Assembly (NCBI GenBank): GCA_951406725.2
Contig: OX597835.1
Location: forward strand, 31,434,001-31,498,000
Direction: 5' to 3'
From: Octopus vulgaris
Lineage: Eukaryota
Length of the DNA stretch: 64,000 nucleotides
Made by a program: the position numbers and the translations under genes. Each line of letters opens with the position of its first letter. Position 1 is the first letter of the stretch. Below, in pieces: positions 12,817-29,192 of the stretch. A model generated the notes under the pieces. It was given only the letters and a program-made list of their open reading frames with translations. It was not told where the DNA came from and did not search any database.

Positions 12817-12970
12817 GGCGCAAGAGTGGCTGTGTGGTAAGTAGCTGGATTACCAGCAACATGGTTCCGGGTTCAGTCCCACTGCATGGCATCTCGACTA
12901 AAGACGGTGTTCCAGCTTGCCCTTAGTCAAAATGACTGAAACAAGTAAAAGAGTAAAAGAATAAAGGAAT
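12817..12970 (+). mobile_element. SINE family A, internally deleted
   Basis: Head GGCGCAAGAGTGGCTGTGTGGTAAG joined directly to tail TCGACTAAAGACGGTGTTCCAGC..GAAACAAGTAAAAGAG. Confidence 0.85.
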
Positions 12971-13003
<33 letters not shown>

Positions 13004-13188
13004 CATTGCTTGAAATGAGGAGGAGATGGACAGCTGCCTATTAAAGAATGGTCCATTCTCTGTGTTAACCTGTGCTTTCCATTATTATCTTGTTTTACGT
13101 ATTTCATGTTATTTGCATCATTGGTGTCGTCCTGTACCCATATATGCATGTATATATATGTGTGTGTGTGCGTGTGTGTGTGCATGTA

Positions 13189-13236
<48 letters not shown>

Positions 13237-13314
13237 CATATATATATATATTATGTATTATATCATATTTATTATTCATTATATATATAGGTACACACAC
13301 ACACATATATATAT

Positions 13315-13419
<105 letters not shown>

Positions 13420-13876
13420 CATATATATACATCATGCAAACGGATACATGTGTGTGAGTGTGTTTGTGTGTATGTATAGTCACACATTCATACACAACCC
13501 TATACAGCAAATCTTAAATCTTACGAAAATCTCATATCAATAACAGTTGAACTTTGATGATTATCTCCTCGCAGTGTTGTTCTCGCAGCCGAGTGTGTGT
13601 TTGTTTGCATGCGTTCGTATGTGTGCATGTATGTATGCGTGTGTGTGTGTATGTGTCTGTCTCCCGTCTTATCTCCCCTTCTCTCCGTCTCTCTCTCTCT
13701 GTCTTTCTCTCTCTTTCCCCACGATCTCTCTCCTGTTAATGTTTATGAGAGATGTAATTATAAAAGGGTGTCGGATATAAAGAAAAAAATGTGAAATTAA
13801 TGAAACGTTACTTGGTGCATCCAATTTCTTATCGTCATTTGAAAGCACGGAATTCTGTTCGAGGTTCGCCGGGAAC

Positions 13877-13992
13877 GTCGTCGTCGTTGTCATCATCATC
13901 ATCGTCATCACCACCACCACCAACAACAACAACAACAACAACACCACCACTACCACCACCACCATCCTCATCACCACCACCATCCTCATCAC

Positions 13993-14030
<38 letters not shown>

Positions 14031-14305
14031 ACATCGTCGTCGTCATTGTCATCAGATGCAGCAGCAGTAGCAGCAACAGCAGCAACCTCGACCTCATCGT
14101 CATCTTCATCATCATCATCATCATAGGTATCATCGTCACCGTTGTCATCGTCATCTTCATTATCGTCACCGCTGCTGCCGTCGTCTTGTCGTCGTTGTTG
14201 TCGTCGTCAACTTCATCATCATCATCAACACCACCAACACAACCACCATTACCACCACCACCACCACCATCAACACTACCGCCATCACCATCACCACCAC
14301 CACCA
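13877..14305. repeat. Compound trinucleotide microsatellite (TCA/CCA/CAA/GCA/TCG)
   Basis: Direct inspection; explains the poly-amino-acid ORFs here. Confidence 0.95.
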
Positions 14306-14379
14306 ATATTATAAATGATGGTCTTGAAATATTGCCTGTGAATACTATCTCGATAGTTGAAACCTATCATCAAGAAATA

Positions 14380-14422
<43 letters not shown>

Positions 14423-14600
14423 GCGTATATGTGTGTGTGTGTATGTGTGTGTGTGTGCGTGTGTGTGTGTGTGTGTCCACACTCTCCACGGACACGTGTA
14501 GCAGTGGGAGCATCAGCAAGACACAGAAATACATAGCGCTTTGAAATACAGGTACTGTTCCCTTTTGCCAACTGAGTGGAGTGCTCCTATATATATGCAC

Positions 14601-14636
<36 letters not shown>

Positions 14637-14639
14637 TTT

Positions 14640-14808
14640 ATTTATACCAGTTCTATTCTAGCAAAAACTGTCCGATGAACGGCAACGTGAAACTCAGAGT
14701 AACAGGTTTTGTAGAATTTTCTGCTGCTTAAAATAAAGCATATTACTCTGCCACTGGGTTTTGAGTACTCTTTTTTTCCACCTTGCTTCACATTTATGTG
14801 TTTACTCC

Positions 14809-14812
<4 letters not shown>
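14640..14812 (+). mobile_element. Penelope-like fragment with hammerhead (14668-14705)
   Basis: CTGT-CCGATGA-ACG-GCAA-CGT-GAAA-CTC-A-GAG-TA-ACAG; embedded in (TA)n; second copy at 30890-31035. Confidence 0.78.
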
Positions 14813-14852
<40 letters not shown>

Positions 14853-15280
14853 TATATATATATAAAACAGAGAATGGAGAAATATTGATGAACAACAATT
14901 GTCTTACGTCAATTATTATTTATTAATTCGATACAAATAAACTGGACTGTATCCCAACTAACAGCTGTTTCTGCTTCCAGTGTTGCATGGTATTTCCATT
15001 GATATACTAAATTTGGTAATAAAACCCATCTGAAACATGGAGCTTCAACAGAATGAAGAATAAAAAAAAGAAAGACCCTAGAGCAGAAAAAGGTAAAGTT
15101 GAATATAGCTATAATCATACCATTTTGCATGAGTATCACTTTGGGACATTAAGTAAATGTCTAAATTTAAAATAGCATTTGGTGGATTAATCGTTTGTAC
15201 AGTGTAGGGGAATCGGATGATAAATAATACAAATATAAAAAATAATAGTGGGATACGCCAATAGTTTTAGTCGGAGAAGG

Positions 15281-15344
<64 letters not shown>

Positions 15345-15345
<1 letters not shown>

Positions 15346-15800
15346 TTAATAATTAGGATTCAGCAAAGATTTACTTTACCACATACCGAAGTTTAGAAAT
15401 ATCAGCCAAAAAACCTTAGCTATTTCTACTACTTTCTTCTACTTTCTTTGCAGAACCCTAATTATTAAGTATTACCGTGAAAATGTCCTTTTTCATGCCG
15501 AATTCTACTTGGTGAAATTATTGATTACTTCTTAATTAATTAATTAATTTTACTCTTTGTTATCATATATATATATATATATATGCGTAAGCATTTAAAC
15601 ATACAATGAATATGTCTAGCGCATCTGGCGTCACTGAAATGCCGATTCAAAACACCATGTGATCCGCCTTGACCAATAGTAGCCCATTTTTTCAGCAGTA
15701 ACCTTGAACTTCGTGTATTTTTCATTTGCCAATCTAAGCTTGACGATCCGGGTTTCTGCTAGAAACCTGCAAAGCAAACTGTTTTAAATAATAATATATG
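15345..15800. mobile_element. Probable Penelope-like fragment with short inverted duplication
   Basis: CTTAATAATTAGGATTCAGCAAAGA (~15345) inverted at ~15445-15470; adjoins (TA)n. Confidence 0.4.
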
Positions 15801-16138
15801 TAACTGCTACTAATGTGTTCAGTGTTTTTTTTCTATCGTTTGCCCACCTCAATCCAATACATACATTCATACACACATACTCCCTCTCATACACACATTT
15901 TCCCCTCTCTCCCTCCCTCTGTGCACACATACATATATCCACATATATTCATTTATATCAATCAGAAATGTCTGTGGGAACAAAACCCCGATTTTCTTTA
16001 TCTCGTCAACAATGGCTCTTGTTGCTTCTCACCATTATAGGGGGTATACTTATGGTATGTATGACTACATGCATATAAGTATATACGTATATAAGAATGC
16101 ACACACGCATTATATATATATAAATATATATATCTATA

Positions 16139-16217
<79 letters not shown>

Positions 16218-16318
16218 AAACATACGCATATATCTTTAGTAAATTACGTATATGTATGTCTGTATGATGTTAATATGTTTTGACTTGTATCTGTTATCTG
16301 ATTAACTGCGGTAGAAAG

Positions 16319-16402
<84 letters not shown>

Positions 16403-16717
16403 TATATACATATTTATATATACATATATTGAGCGTGTTTATGTATGCGTTTTTGCATCGACTAATAGTGAAAAAGATAGAAAGAATCAAAGAGAATATG
16501 TCTGAGTGAAAGAAACAGAGAGACAATGAATGAGGGAGCGATAGTGAAGAGCGTCAAACAAGGGACGGAAACCAAGGGGTTCAGAGGAACATACGGGTGC
16601 GTATTATACTTTATGATCCTTACCCTATGTATACGCAAATAGTAGCCTGCACAGGAGGTCGTTGAGTAATATGAGCGAAGGAAGAAAGATGTACATTAAT
16701 ATATATGTATATATATT

Positions 16718-16921
16718 TCTTTACTACCCACAAGAGGCTAAACAAGGACAGACAAAGGGATTAAATCGATTACATGAACTCCAGTGCAAAACTGGTACTT
16801 TATTTATCGACCCCGAAAGAATGAAAGGCAAAGTCGACCTCGGCGGAATTTGAACTTAGAACGAAACGACAGACGAAATAAGCATTTCGCCCGGCACGCT
16901 AACGCTTCTGACAGCTCGCCA
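16718..16921 (-). mobile_element. SINE family B
   Basis: Homologous to 725-962. Confidence 0.85.
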
Positions 16922-16927
16922 TTAATA

Positions 16928-16959
<32 letters not shown>

Positions 16960-17038
16960 CATACATACGTATATATACATATATATATATATACGTATGT
17001 ATGTATATATATATATATATTTATATATACGTATGTAG

Positions 17039-17085
<47 letters not shown>

Positions 17086-17092
17086 CGTATAT

Positions 17093-17139
<47 letters not shown>

Positions 17140-17189
17140 CATACATACATACATATGTATATATATATGTGTGTGCATACATGTATCCT

Positions 17190-17750
17190 ATGTCTGCATC
17201 AAAAGCTTCTCGGTGAAGTTCTGTAGCGCGCCAACAGATGGCGGTCCACCGTTGGATGTATTGTGAGATCCAACAGTAACCTTCATGATGTAGAGTGTCG
17301 CGTGACATCGTTGTGTTTACTTCACTAGTTGTGAAATTTGCGTTTATGTGATCACGTGTATGCTGTAGTCTGCGTTATTGTCTTGGAAAAGAACAAAGAA
17401 CCAACGTGAAATTTTGCGTTAAACTTGGGAAGTCTCCTACGGCGACGAGGCAATGGGTCGTACGCAATGTTTTGAGTGGCACGGACCCTTCAAAAGCGGA
17501 AGAACGTCCCTGAAAGATGATGAGCGATCAGGAAGACCTGCCATAAACGTCACCACCGGAAATGTGGTATGGCGCATCGACAATTCGTTCTCCACTCCCA
17601 GGCCTGACTATCAATTGTGAGCTCTACTGCGATGTTTTGAAGCGTTTGAGAGCGGACATTCGGCGAAAACGACAAGTCTCTCGTGCGCAAAATACCTGGA
17701 TACTTCAAGACGACAGTGTACCATGTCCCCGAGTTCTCCTCACTCGCTAG
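17190..17750 (+). mobile_element. Internally deleted mariner fragment
   Basis: HTH region (FKSGRTSLKDDERSGRP) followed by YCDVLKRLRADIRRKR..WILQDDSVPC (LHHDNAPCH-like). Confidence 0.75.
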
Positions 17751-17976
17751 ACTGAGAATCTGCGGGAACACACACACACACACACACGCATATACTTACA
17801 TACATATCATTATGGCTGCCCCCTCGTTATCGAGTATGGCCATTGCACGAAGCTTAACTGTTACTGGTGCTGTGATCGAATGTGACTTTTTAGCCCAGCT
17901 AAAGATCTACAATGTCTTGTACAAAATTGGCAACTAAAACCTTTACTGGTAATAGCCGGCTGAAGTTGTAACATAC

Positions 17977-18007
<31 letters not shown>

Positions 18008-18564
18008 CATACATACATACATACATACATACATACATGGATAGACACCAAGAACACAGAACAAGGTGCAGAGCGGACACACACATGTACCTAAACACCC
18101 ACATACAAATGGCTCGCAACAAAACCTGATAAAGAGCCACGCGTTAAGCGGGTAGATCGGTAGGGGTGCTGATTTGGGAAATTGTGAATTAATGAGGGTA
18201 AATGCTGAGAAGTGTGACTGTCCAACAGGAAACAATTTAGATAACGGAATGGATCATTTTTATTTATATAAACCTCTCCTTCACTCCACACTAGAGTTTC
18301 TTTTCCTCTCTCACAATCTCTCTCTCTTTCTTTCTCTCTCTTTCTCTCTCTCTCTTTCTCTCTCACCCTCTCTCTCAGTCTCTCTCTTTCTCAACTATTC
18401 TCAAATATCTATCTGTCTTCGACTCTACCTCAGTGACTCTATATTTATCTTTCCGCCTATCACATTGCTATAACTTCCACTTTCACTCTATCATCTCTCA
18501 TATATGTGTGTGTGTGTGTGTGTGTATGTGTGTGTGTCTGTGTATACAAATATATATATGTTTA

Positions 18565-18610
<46 letters not shown>

Positions 18611-18791
18611 TATATGTATACATATGTATATATGTATATATGTATATATGTATATATATGTATATACATGTATATATGTATATGTGTATATATGTATATA
18701 TGTATATATATGTATATATGTATATATGTATATATATGTATATATGTATAGATATGTATATATGTATATATATGTATATATGTATATATAA

Positions 18792-18831
<40 letters not shown>

Positions 18832-18940
18832 TCAAACATATAGATGCATAGCAATATTTATGAACGTATATAAGCATTTATATCTATATCTTTATCTATC
18901 TGTCTATATACCTAATCTACCTACATATGTATATATGTCC

Positions 18941-18975
<35 letters not shown>

Positions 18976-19268
18976 AGATATATATTGGATACACTCACAC
19001 TACACTTATAAGTGTAGGAGTGTGGTGTACATGTGTGACAAAGGGGCAAATTTACAATTTAACTCTGATTTGACCTACACCATAACCTCCTTATCCCATC
19101 TGATAACATCGTATTATAAACCTGTTTCTAACATAGAACGTCACTCTCAGATTCTCTTACCAATACCTCACTTTCTTTTCCTTCCTATTTCTCTCTTTCT
19201 TTCTCACCATTTTCTGCCTCTCGCCCCTCTCACACTTCAGATTTTACACACACATATATATATACATA

Positions 19269-20586
19269 CAGGGGTTGGACAAAATAATGGAAACACCTAA
19301 CAACATAGCATTATAATTTTGGAACATCTATAAAACCGTCGAAAGCTTGTTTATTTTTTATGGTTTTTGATTTATTATTAGTGTTGTTTAATACGTTTTT
19401 CTAAAATTGCTGTTTATTTTCAGATATCATCAGAAAAAAGTAATTAAAATTCATTAAAATTACAGATTTATCGGACTTTCAAAGAGATCAAATTGTTGTT
19501 GCTCATATGGCAAGTGCTAGCGTAAGGAAACCAGCCGAAATGTTTGGTGTATCAGGAAGTATTCTCTCGAAAGTAATGACCCCCTGTGAAAGGGGGGAAA
19601 AACCTCCTCGTCGAAACAAATCTCCGGAAAAAATAACTTTCAGATTAGGATCGGCGGACTCTTACGCATATTATTAGAAAGGATCACAAAAGTACAGCTC
19701 CCAAAATTACTGCAGGGATTAATGAACACCTTGAGAACCCAGTTTTCACAAAAACTTTTCATCAGGAGCTGCACAAAACCGAATTTCACGGGAGGGTTGC
19801 AATAAAAAAACCACTACTTTAAAAAAAAAAAACGTTTCAAAGCGTTTAGATTAGAGTAAAAACCTACAGAATTGGTCCATAGAGCAGTGGAAGAATGTTA
19901 TTTTCTCGGACGAGTCATCCTTTACCTTATTTCCGACCACTGGCCGAGTATACGTGTAGAGAAAACCAAAAGAAACATTTGACCCAGACTGCTTTCTTCC
20001 AACTGTTAAACATGTAGGAGGATCTGTGATGATCTGGAGGAGCGATCTGTGATGATCTTGGAAATCTGCGATTATCTGGGGGAGGATCTGGGAAGATCTT
20101 GGAAATCCGTCGACACAATCGTTTCCCTTCATGTTAGAATTAATAGTCAAGACTATTTAAGCATTTTATTTGATCAAATTCATCATATGGTTGCAGAAAT
20201 GGTTCCGGGGGGAAACGCAATCTCTCAGTGTGATAATGCACCAATTCACACCGCTAAATTTGTTACTGAATGGCACGAGGAACATTCTACTGACGTTGAA
20301 CATCTTATCTGGCCACCACATTACCAGATCTCAATATTATTGAACATTTATGGTGCATTTTAGAAAAACAAGTAAGGAGTTGATATCCTCCACCATCAAC
20401 ACTACAAGAACTAGAGCGTATTTTAGCTGAAGAATGGACAAAAATTCCTTTGAAAACAATTCAAACTTTGTACGAGTCCATACTTCGTAGAATTCAAGCT
20501 GTAATTACTGCCAAAGGCGGTCCTACCTGATATTAGAATATATTTGCTTGAAATTTTAAGGTGTATCTATTATTTTGTCCAACCCG
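19269..20586 (+). mobile_element. Full-length Tc1-like transposon with decayed transposase
   Basis: TIRs CAGGGGTTGGACAAAATAATGGAAACACCT / AGGTGTATCTATTATTTTGTCCAACCCG, TA flanks; motifs WKNVIFSDESSF, QCDNAPIHTAK, WPP..PDLNIIEHLW; frameshifts. Confidence 0.93.
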
Positions 20587-20614
20587 TATATATATATGCA
20601 TGTATGTATATAGA

Positions 20615-20775
20615 GGAATGAGTGGCTTAAATAGCAGCAAGAAGCTTGCTTTCTAGTCATATGGTTCCGGGTCCAGTCATACTGTGTGGCACCTTGAGCA
20701 AATGTCTTCTGCTATAAACTCCGGTCGACCAAAAATTGGGTTTGATAGATGGAAACTGAAAGATGCCCGTCGTAT
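20615..20775 (+). mobile_element. SINE family A, 5' part
   Basis: CATATGGTTCCGGGTCCAGTC..GGAAACTGAAAGATGCCCGTCG. Confidence 0.75.
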
Positions 20776-20776
20776 A

Positions 20777-20831
<55 letters not shown>

Positions 20832-20839
20832 TCATATAT

Positions 20840-21935
20840 GCAGTTACTCGCTGTTGTTACTGCTATTCTTTGTGGTGAAGTAGCGAGTTGCTCTTCTCTG
20901 TGTCTCCTGCCACGATGTGGGCTCATCGGGACGTCTTGAGAGGTTTCTATAACCTCTCCGGACGTTCCTTGAAAGCTTCCACATCAACACCATTTAAAAC
21001 TCTAATGTTGTCTGGCAGGATGTTGAATAACTGCGGACCCTAGAAACCCAGTCTATAGCAGGACTATGTCATTTTAGATGGAAAAGAGGGGATCCTTGGT
21101 ACGATGCGGTGCCATCCAGTTCAGCTGTCAATTACAAAATTGTGAGCTAACCCCTCCAAGATCTTCTAGATATATATCATTGCATATATCTCTCGTCTTC
21201 TCTGCAGGGAATAAAGACTCAGCCCCTTTAGCCTCTCCCAGTAGCCCATCTTTTGCATCGAGTCGATCTCCTTTGTGTACAGGTACTGCATTGCCTCGAG
21301 TTCCACAGTATATTTCACACTCTCTGGGGACCATATTTGGGAGCAGTAGTCCAAGCGGCTGAGAATGAAAGTCCTCCATAGGAGTAGCAGGGCATCTCTT
21401 TTCCTAGTTCTGAATGTCCTAAGAATCCATCTAGCCTCTCGCCTGCATAGTGTTATCAACCTGGTAATGTGCACATGGAATGTTGCATCATTGCTCATGT
21501 GAACGCCAGATCACGCACCGACTCTGACTCTGGGATTGTATTGCCTTCTGGTGCAGTGTATTCCAATATTAGCCTGGTGTTGGGCCTATAGTGGAGTGCC
21601 TGCAATTTCATAGCATTGAACTGCATGTTATTTTTGTTAGTCCATTTTTATATTTAATTCAGACCTTTCCGCAGTTTTATGAATTCCTCTGAGTCCCTAA
21701 CAGTATAGCTCGTGAGGTTGGCTGACTGTACTGCGAATGAGATATCTGAAAGGGCCACCACAAACAGTAGAGGCCCCAGTACAGTTTTCTGCAGAACTCC
21801 GCCGAGAATTGGTGTTTCTTCAGAGTGAGCACCATTGACTACAACAGTCTGGTTCCTGCCCTTCAGAAGGTCATGCAACTACTCTCCCAGTTTCCCAGTA
21901 ATAACAAGGTTTCGCAGCTTGTGACATATCACATC
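20840..21935 (-). mobile_element. CR1/L2-group LINE, 3' fragment of ORF2 (RT pseudogene)
   Basis: VVVNGAHSE..GGVLQKTVLGPLLF (SGVPQGSVLGPLLF-like), WILRTF..LSRLDYCSQIWSP, YWERLKGLSLYSLQRRRE; stops and frameshifts. Confidence 0.9.
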
Positions 21936-21984
21936 TACAGCCGACATTTATCTGTTGTTTCAGTACACACACATATATATGTCG

Positions 21985-22125
21985 AAAAAATCAACCCAGG
22001 GACTTATTCTTTGTAAGCCTAGTACTTATACTATCGGTTTCTTTTACAGCGCCGGTACGTTTCGGGGACGTAAACACATCAACATCGGTTGTCAAGTGAT
22101 GGTAGAGAGACAAACACAGACACAC
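21985..22125 (-). mobile_element. SINE family A, 3' fragment
   Basis: GGGACTTATTCTTTGTAAGCCTAGTACTTA..CATCGGTTGTCAAG. Confidence 0.8.
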
Positions 22126-22175
22126 TAATACATACATACATACATACATACATACATACATACATACATTTATGT

Positions 22176-22236
<61 letters not shown>

Positions 22237-22348
22237 CCCACACGCGCATATATATATATATATATTGTATACAGGATCGTGGGTATGGCTAAACCAATAC
22301 CATCATTTATACAATATATTCTACACAATGCTAAATAATAAGTATTCC

Positions 22349-22415
<67 letters not shown>

Positions 22416-23378
22416 CTGTGTTTATTTGTTTGTGTATCTATCTGTGTAGTTATAAGATAGTGTGATGGGAAAAGATCTTGGTGTAAGAAGATAGTAAGCA
22501 CCAATCATGTACACATCTTGTATAGATGATAAGATCCAGCAAATATACAATAAAGGAAGCTTAATGGCTGTCGTTTTTTATACACTTTATCTCTTATCAA
22601 AATCGATGAAAATTTCAATAATTTGACTGCCACCATATTATCAATGAATTTTACCAATGAAATTTACGGTTTGGCAATGAAAATTACTAAATATGCGAAT
22701 ATAAATCAAAGAATAGAAAGAATGGGAAAGGTAAATAAAAACTACATATGTTTCACAGCTAAACTGGAGATATCTTACACAACTCGTAACACAGAAAAAC
22801 AGTTTAACTAATGCTGGTGTTTCATATTTATTCATTTATTAAATATTTTTTAAATGAAATATTCTCGCATTACCCAGATTCCTTCTCCCATGTACATCTA
22901 AAAGAATGTTGCTTGCTTGCTGACACATAATGCCATTGGTCATTTGACCTCGATTTTTCCACTCCCATTCTATAGTGGTCAAGTTAGTGAAGCATTCCCT
23001 GTCGCCCCGCGACGATGTAAACAACAGACGATTTAACTGAACTGTTTTTGTATGTGTCACAGGTTATATAAGACACTTGAAGTTTCTCTTTGAAACATAC
23101 GTAGTCTTTCATTACCTTTCCTATTCTTTACATTCCTTGATAAATATGTATTTATACATGAATATATATATGTGAGTTTGTCTGTGTGTATGCGTGCGCG
23201 GTTCGTGTGTATTTTTGTGAGTTTGTGTATGCGGTATTGGGTATGTAGAACGTGAAAGAATGACAGTGATAAAAATATATATAGACATAGAATCTTTAGA
23301 TATATATGTAAAATTTGTCTACCACCCTGCTTAGCTAGCTACTTACCTACCTACCTACCTACCTACCTACCTACCTAC

Positions 23379-23446
<68 letters not shown>

Positions 23447-23459
23447 ATAGCCAGCTAGC

Positions 23460-23645
23460 TAAAGGGAAAGTTTACGAAAATAAACAAAAGACGAGGACAG
23501 GTGGAGTACAAACAAACAAATGTATTAGTATAGCGCTCAGGAATAGAAAAAGTATTTTACGTTTCGAGCCTTACGCTCTTCGACAGAAAGATACACAGAA
23601 AAAAAACAAGGAGAGAAAAATGCGTGTAGTAGCTAACGATAGCTA
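23460..23645 (-). mobile_element. Penelope-like fragment with degenerate hammerhead (~23555-23590)
   Basis: TTT-CTGTCGA-A-GAGC-GTAAG-GCTC-GAAA-CG-TA-AAA; related to the 6019-6225 family; inside a (CTAT)n/(CTAC)n tract. Confidence 0.65.
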
Positions 23646-23799
23646 GCTACTTACTTACCTACCCACCTACTACACTACAACCTACCTACCTACTTACCTA
23701 CCTACCAACCTACCTACCTACCAACCTACATACCTACCTACATACATACATACATACATACATATATACATAAATATATACCAATGTATCTATTTATCA

Positions 23800-23835
<36 letters not shown>

Positions 23836-23836
23836 G

Positions 23837-23931
<95 letters not shown>

Positions 23932-24827
23932 GTTTGTCTGACGGTCTGTCTATCCCTCTATGCCATTATCAGTATTGTTGTGAGTGATTAAAATATAAAT
24001 ATATCTTCTATCACATTTACAAGCGATATACACACACGTATCTTATAGAAACACACGTTATCGTACTTGCACGTGCGGATATATATGTGTATGTCGGTGT
24101 ATGTCTGTGTTTCTATCGGTGTCAGCTGTGTGTTTTAGCCTGTATGTGTGTAGGTGAGTGTGCGAAAAGATGACAGAGCCTAGAAGAAACAGAAAGAAGT
24201 GTACAAAAAAAGATAACCACGGCTGATCTAAAAGTGCTTCTGTGGCCGCCATTTTATGCGCATTAAGTTATATATGTAAATATACGTGTTTATATATGTG
24301 TGTATATGTGTGTGCATTTGGGATGGATCATGGGAGCGTTTGCATATCTTTTAGATATGTGTGTATGTTTATTGTCTATGTGTATGTATTTATATGTGTC
24401 TATGTGTGTGTGTGGTTATTTCTGGGAGTGGAGGTATGTGTAGCTTGGTGGAGCAGATTTTTCGTTGATAATGTTAGGAAGAATTAAATGAAACTAAATA
24501 AGATAAAAAGAAAATCAAAAGAAAGAGAAAAAAAAGGTTCTTGCTAAACTCACTGAGCGAAGCATGTGAGGCACCAGCTAACGATGGAGTAAACGTTTGA
24601 GGTTAGAAAGCGTTTATATGGTTAAACGGCGTTAATACACACTCACACAGGCACGCACACACTCGTATATATATATATATAACAGCTATAGGCTCATACA
24701 CACCCTTAAGCGCACATGGACATATACATACATACACAAGCCAACACCCCGGTAGATACATAGACGCACACACAGAAAAAACACAAACACATTACCCCCC
24801 CCATATATATATATATATATGTATATA

Positions 24828-24904
<77 letters not shown>

Positions 24905-24947
24905 GTATATATATATGTATATATATATATATGTATATCTATCTATC

Positions 24948-24978
<31 letters not shown>

Positions 24979-24989
24979 GTATATATATG

Positions 24990-25022
<33 letters not shown>

Positions 25023-25745
25023 ATATATATAGACACTACTAATGCATTTATCTTCTCATAGGCAGACATAGTAACATGAGCACAGACACATACATATATA
25101 CACTTATATACACACACATTAACATACTCAAATGAGAAGCACGCGCACACACACACACAAACACACACATGCACACACATACGCACACACTGAAGTCTAA
25201 TCTAAATCACAGAGTGCCACAAACCATTCTCTAAAACCATATTTCCCAACAATTTTCATCAATTCTTCGCCATATCTTATCTCATCCCATCTTTCTTCCT
25301 CCACCCCACATCATTCTCCTCTCCATCACCAAATTTCTTTTCTCTCTTCTATATCATCCCCTCTCGCTCTTTCCTTTTCTCTCTCTCTTGTTCACAATCT
25401 TTCTCATAATTCTTTCTGTTTTTGTTTTGTTTTGTTTTTACCATTTTATCTCATCTCATTCCTCTTAAACTTCCACCCGTGCTCCTTTCCCCCCTCCTAA
25501 CTCTATATCATTGCTTCGTCTATCCTCTTACTTCCCCTCACACACTATCTGTCTCTCCTTTCACTCTGTCACCTTCCCTGTCTCCTGTCTCTGTCTGTCT
25601 GTCTGTCAGTCCAACTGCATCTCTTACTATCTCTTCTCCCTTTTCGTTCGCTCTTCAATCTTGTTATAAAATTCTCTTTTCATTCTTGTCATCCTTACTT
25701 TCTTACACCATTACTCATCTATCTATCTATCTATCTACCAACCTA

Positions 25746-25815
<70 letters not shown>

Positions 25816-26014
25816 AAACATATATATATATATATATATCAATTTGTCTGTCTACCTGTCTGTCTATCTCCCACAATCTATCTATCTATCTATCTATCCA
25901 TCCATCCATCCATCCATCCATCCAACCAACCAACCAACCAACCAACCAACCAACCAACCAACCAACCAACCAGCCAGCCAACCAACCAACCAACCAACCA
26001 ACCCTTTATATATA

Positions 26015-27354
<1,340 letters not shown>

Positions 27355-27357
<3 letters not shown>

Positions 27358-27624
27358 CCTTTTCCTTCCGGTCTTTCAAAATGTGACCTCGTGTGTACCG
27401 TTGGCGATTTTTTTCCTCTGTCTTCCCTTCTCTGGATCTTTCCTTCTACTATGTTTCCGACGAAGAGTTCCGCTCGAAACGTTAAACCCTCCTTCTTACC
27501 TTCTTTCCTAGGCGTCCAATAATACTTTATTTGTTCCACGTCCTCGCGTTGTTGTGTTATTTTGTGTTTTTTGTGTTTTCTTCTTTGGATTAACTATATA
27601 TATTGTTTGGATTAACTATATATA
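27355..27624 (+). mobile_element. Penelope-like fragment with hammerhead (27453-27487)
   Basis: GTTT-CCGACGA-A-GAGT-TCC-GCTC-GAAA-CG-TT-AAAC; same family as 6019-6225. Confidence 0.75.
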
Positions 27625-28022
27625 CTAGCAGTATCGCCCGGCGTTGCTCGGGTTTGTAAGGGAAATTACTATATAAGCATTTTTAGAGATGTAAAGTATA
27701 ATAGCCATCTCAATATGGCTAACCACAAAGGGGGGGGCTGTTACTGTAGCTTTTTACGTTCTGAGATTTAATAATAAATTTTTAGAGAGTTACTTCCCTT
27801 ATATAATAGCCAAAAAATGCATTAAAAATGGGAAAAATTGATGGTAATTTTATTTTTAAATCGTGGACTCATCGTAGACGCGTGCTAATACCCAGAACGG
27901 CTCGATATGAATCACGACTATAAGATACCCGGTTTTGGTTAAACTGCACCGCAAAATGTGGGAGTAGTTAGGAATGTAATTCGTAGGAGACAGACACACA
28001 ACCTCACTTTTATATATAAAGA
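27625..28022 (-). mobile_element. Non-autonomous Helitron
   Basis: Minus strand starts TCTTTATATATAAAAG and ends with hairpin CCCGAGCAACGCCGGG then CTAG; inserted between A and T with no TSD. Confidence 0.85.
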
Positions 28023-28319
28023 TATATCTTCTCTTCCTCCGTCATTTTACGTTCCCTCCCGCCAAACCTATATTTTCCTTTCAAATTTTCATTCCTATTT
28101 TTATTTAAGTATTTATTTGTTCGATTATTCGATTTGGGTTATTCACATTCCTGGATCCGGTCGAGTACTCGGGGCTTTGTAGAAATTAGTAGTGGTGGCA
28201 GTGGTTGTGGTGGTGATAGTTGTAGATGTACTAATTGAGCTGTAATTTTTATAATTAAATCTTTAAAATTATTATTACTGGTTTTATTATTTTTTTTTTA
28301 TTGTTTTCACAATTAGCAA

Positions 28320-28598
<279 letters not shown>

Positions 28599-28599
28599 A

Positions 28600-29108
28600 T
28601 GAATACTCACAGTTTATTTTTCTGGGTATGATGCAATGTGTCAGCCGTCCACAGCCAGCAGACTAAGGCGACTCTTCTTTTACGGATCATGCTTCAAGAA
28701 CCCTGCCAAAGAATTCTTGCAGTTCCAAGCAATGCTGATTTTTGTCGGTGTTCTACCTTCACACTTGCACCGATCTTTTTTCAGTCATGTTGATACCTGT
28801 GTGCTGATACTTCTAAGTGCACCAATTGCTATTGGTATCACGTCTACTCTCTTCGTTGACCACGACCTTCGTATTTCCCACTTCAAATCGTCGTTGTTGC
28901 TTATTTGTTCTTCTTCTTCTTTCTCTTTAATCCTGTTGATTAATGCTATGTGGATCATCATACAAGTTCTTTCTACTTTATTCACCGCAACAATGTCAGG
29001 ATTCCGATGTCTGGTCAGACGATCGTACTGGATCGTTGCATCCCACAGGATTTTGCAATTCTCATATTCAGTGGCTCCTTCTGGGATTTTCTCATACCAC
29101 ATTTTTGC
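28600..29108 (-). mobile_element. R4/Dong-clade non-LTR retrotransposon, 3' fragment (restriction-like endonuclease)
   Basis: KILWDATIQYD..RHRNPDIVAVNK..CMMIHIA..DLKWEIRRSW..VIPIAIGAL (RLE PD-(D/E) domain); 3' end faces (TAA)n. Confidence 0.85.
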
Positions 29109-29149
<41 letters not shown>

Positions 29150-29152
29150 GAC

Positions 29153-29192
<40 letters not shown>

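Noticed and set aside
13669-14571. 300-aa ORF and similar poly-amino-acid ORFs at 28.3-29.7 kb, 56.6-59.5 kb and 63.2-63.8 kb
   Set aside because: Compound trinucleotide repeats open in several frames on both strands
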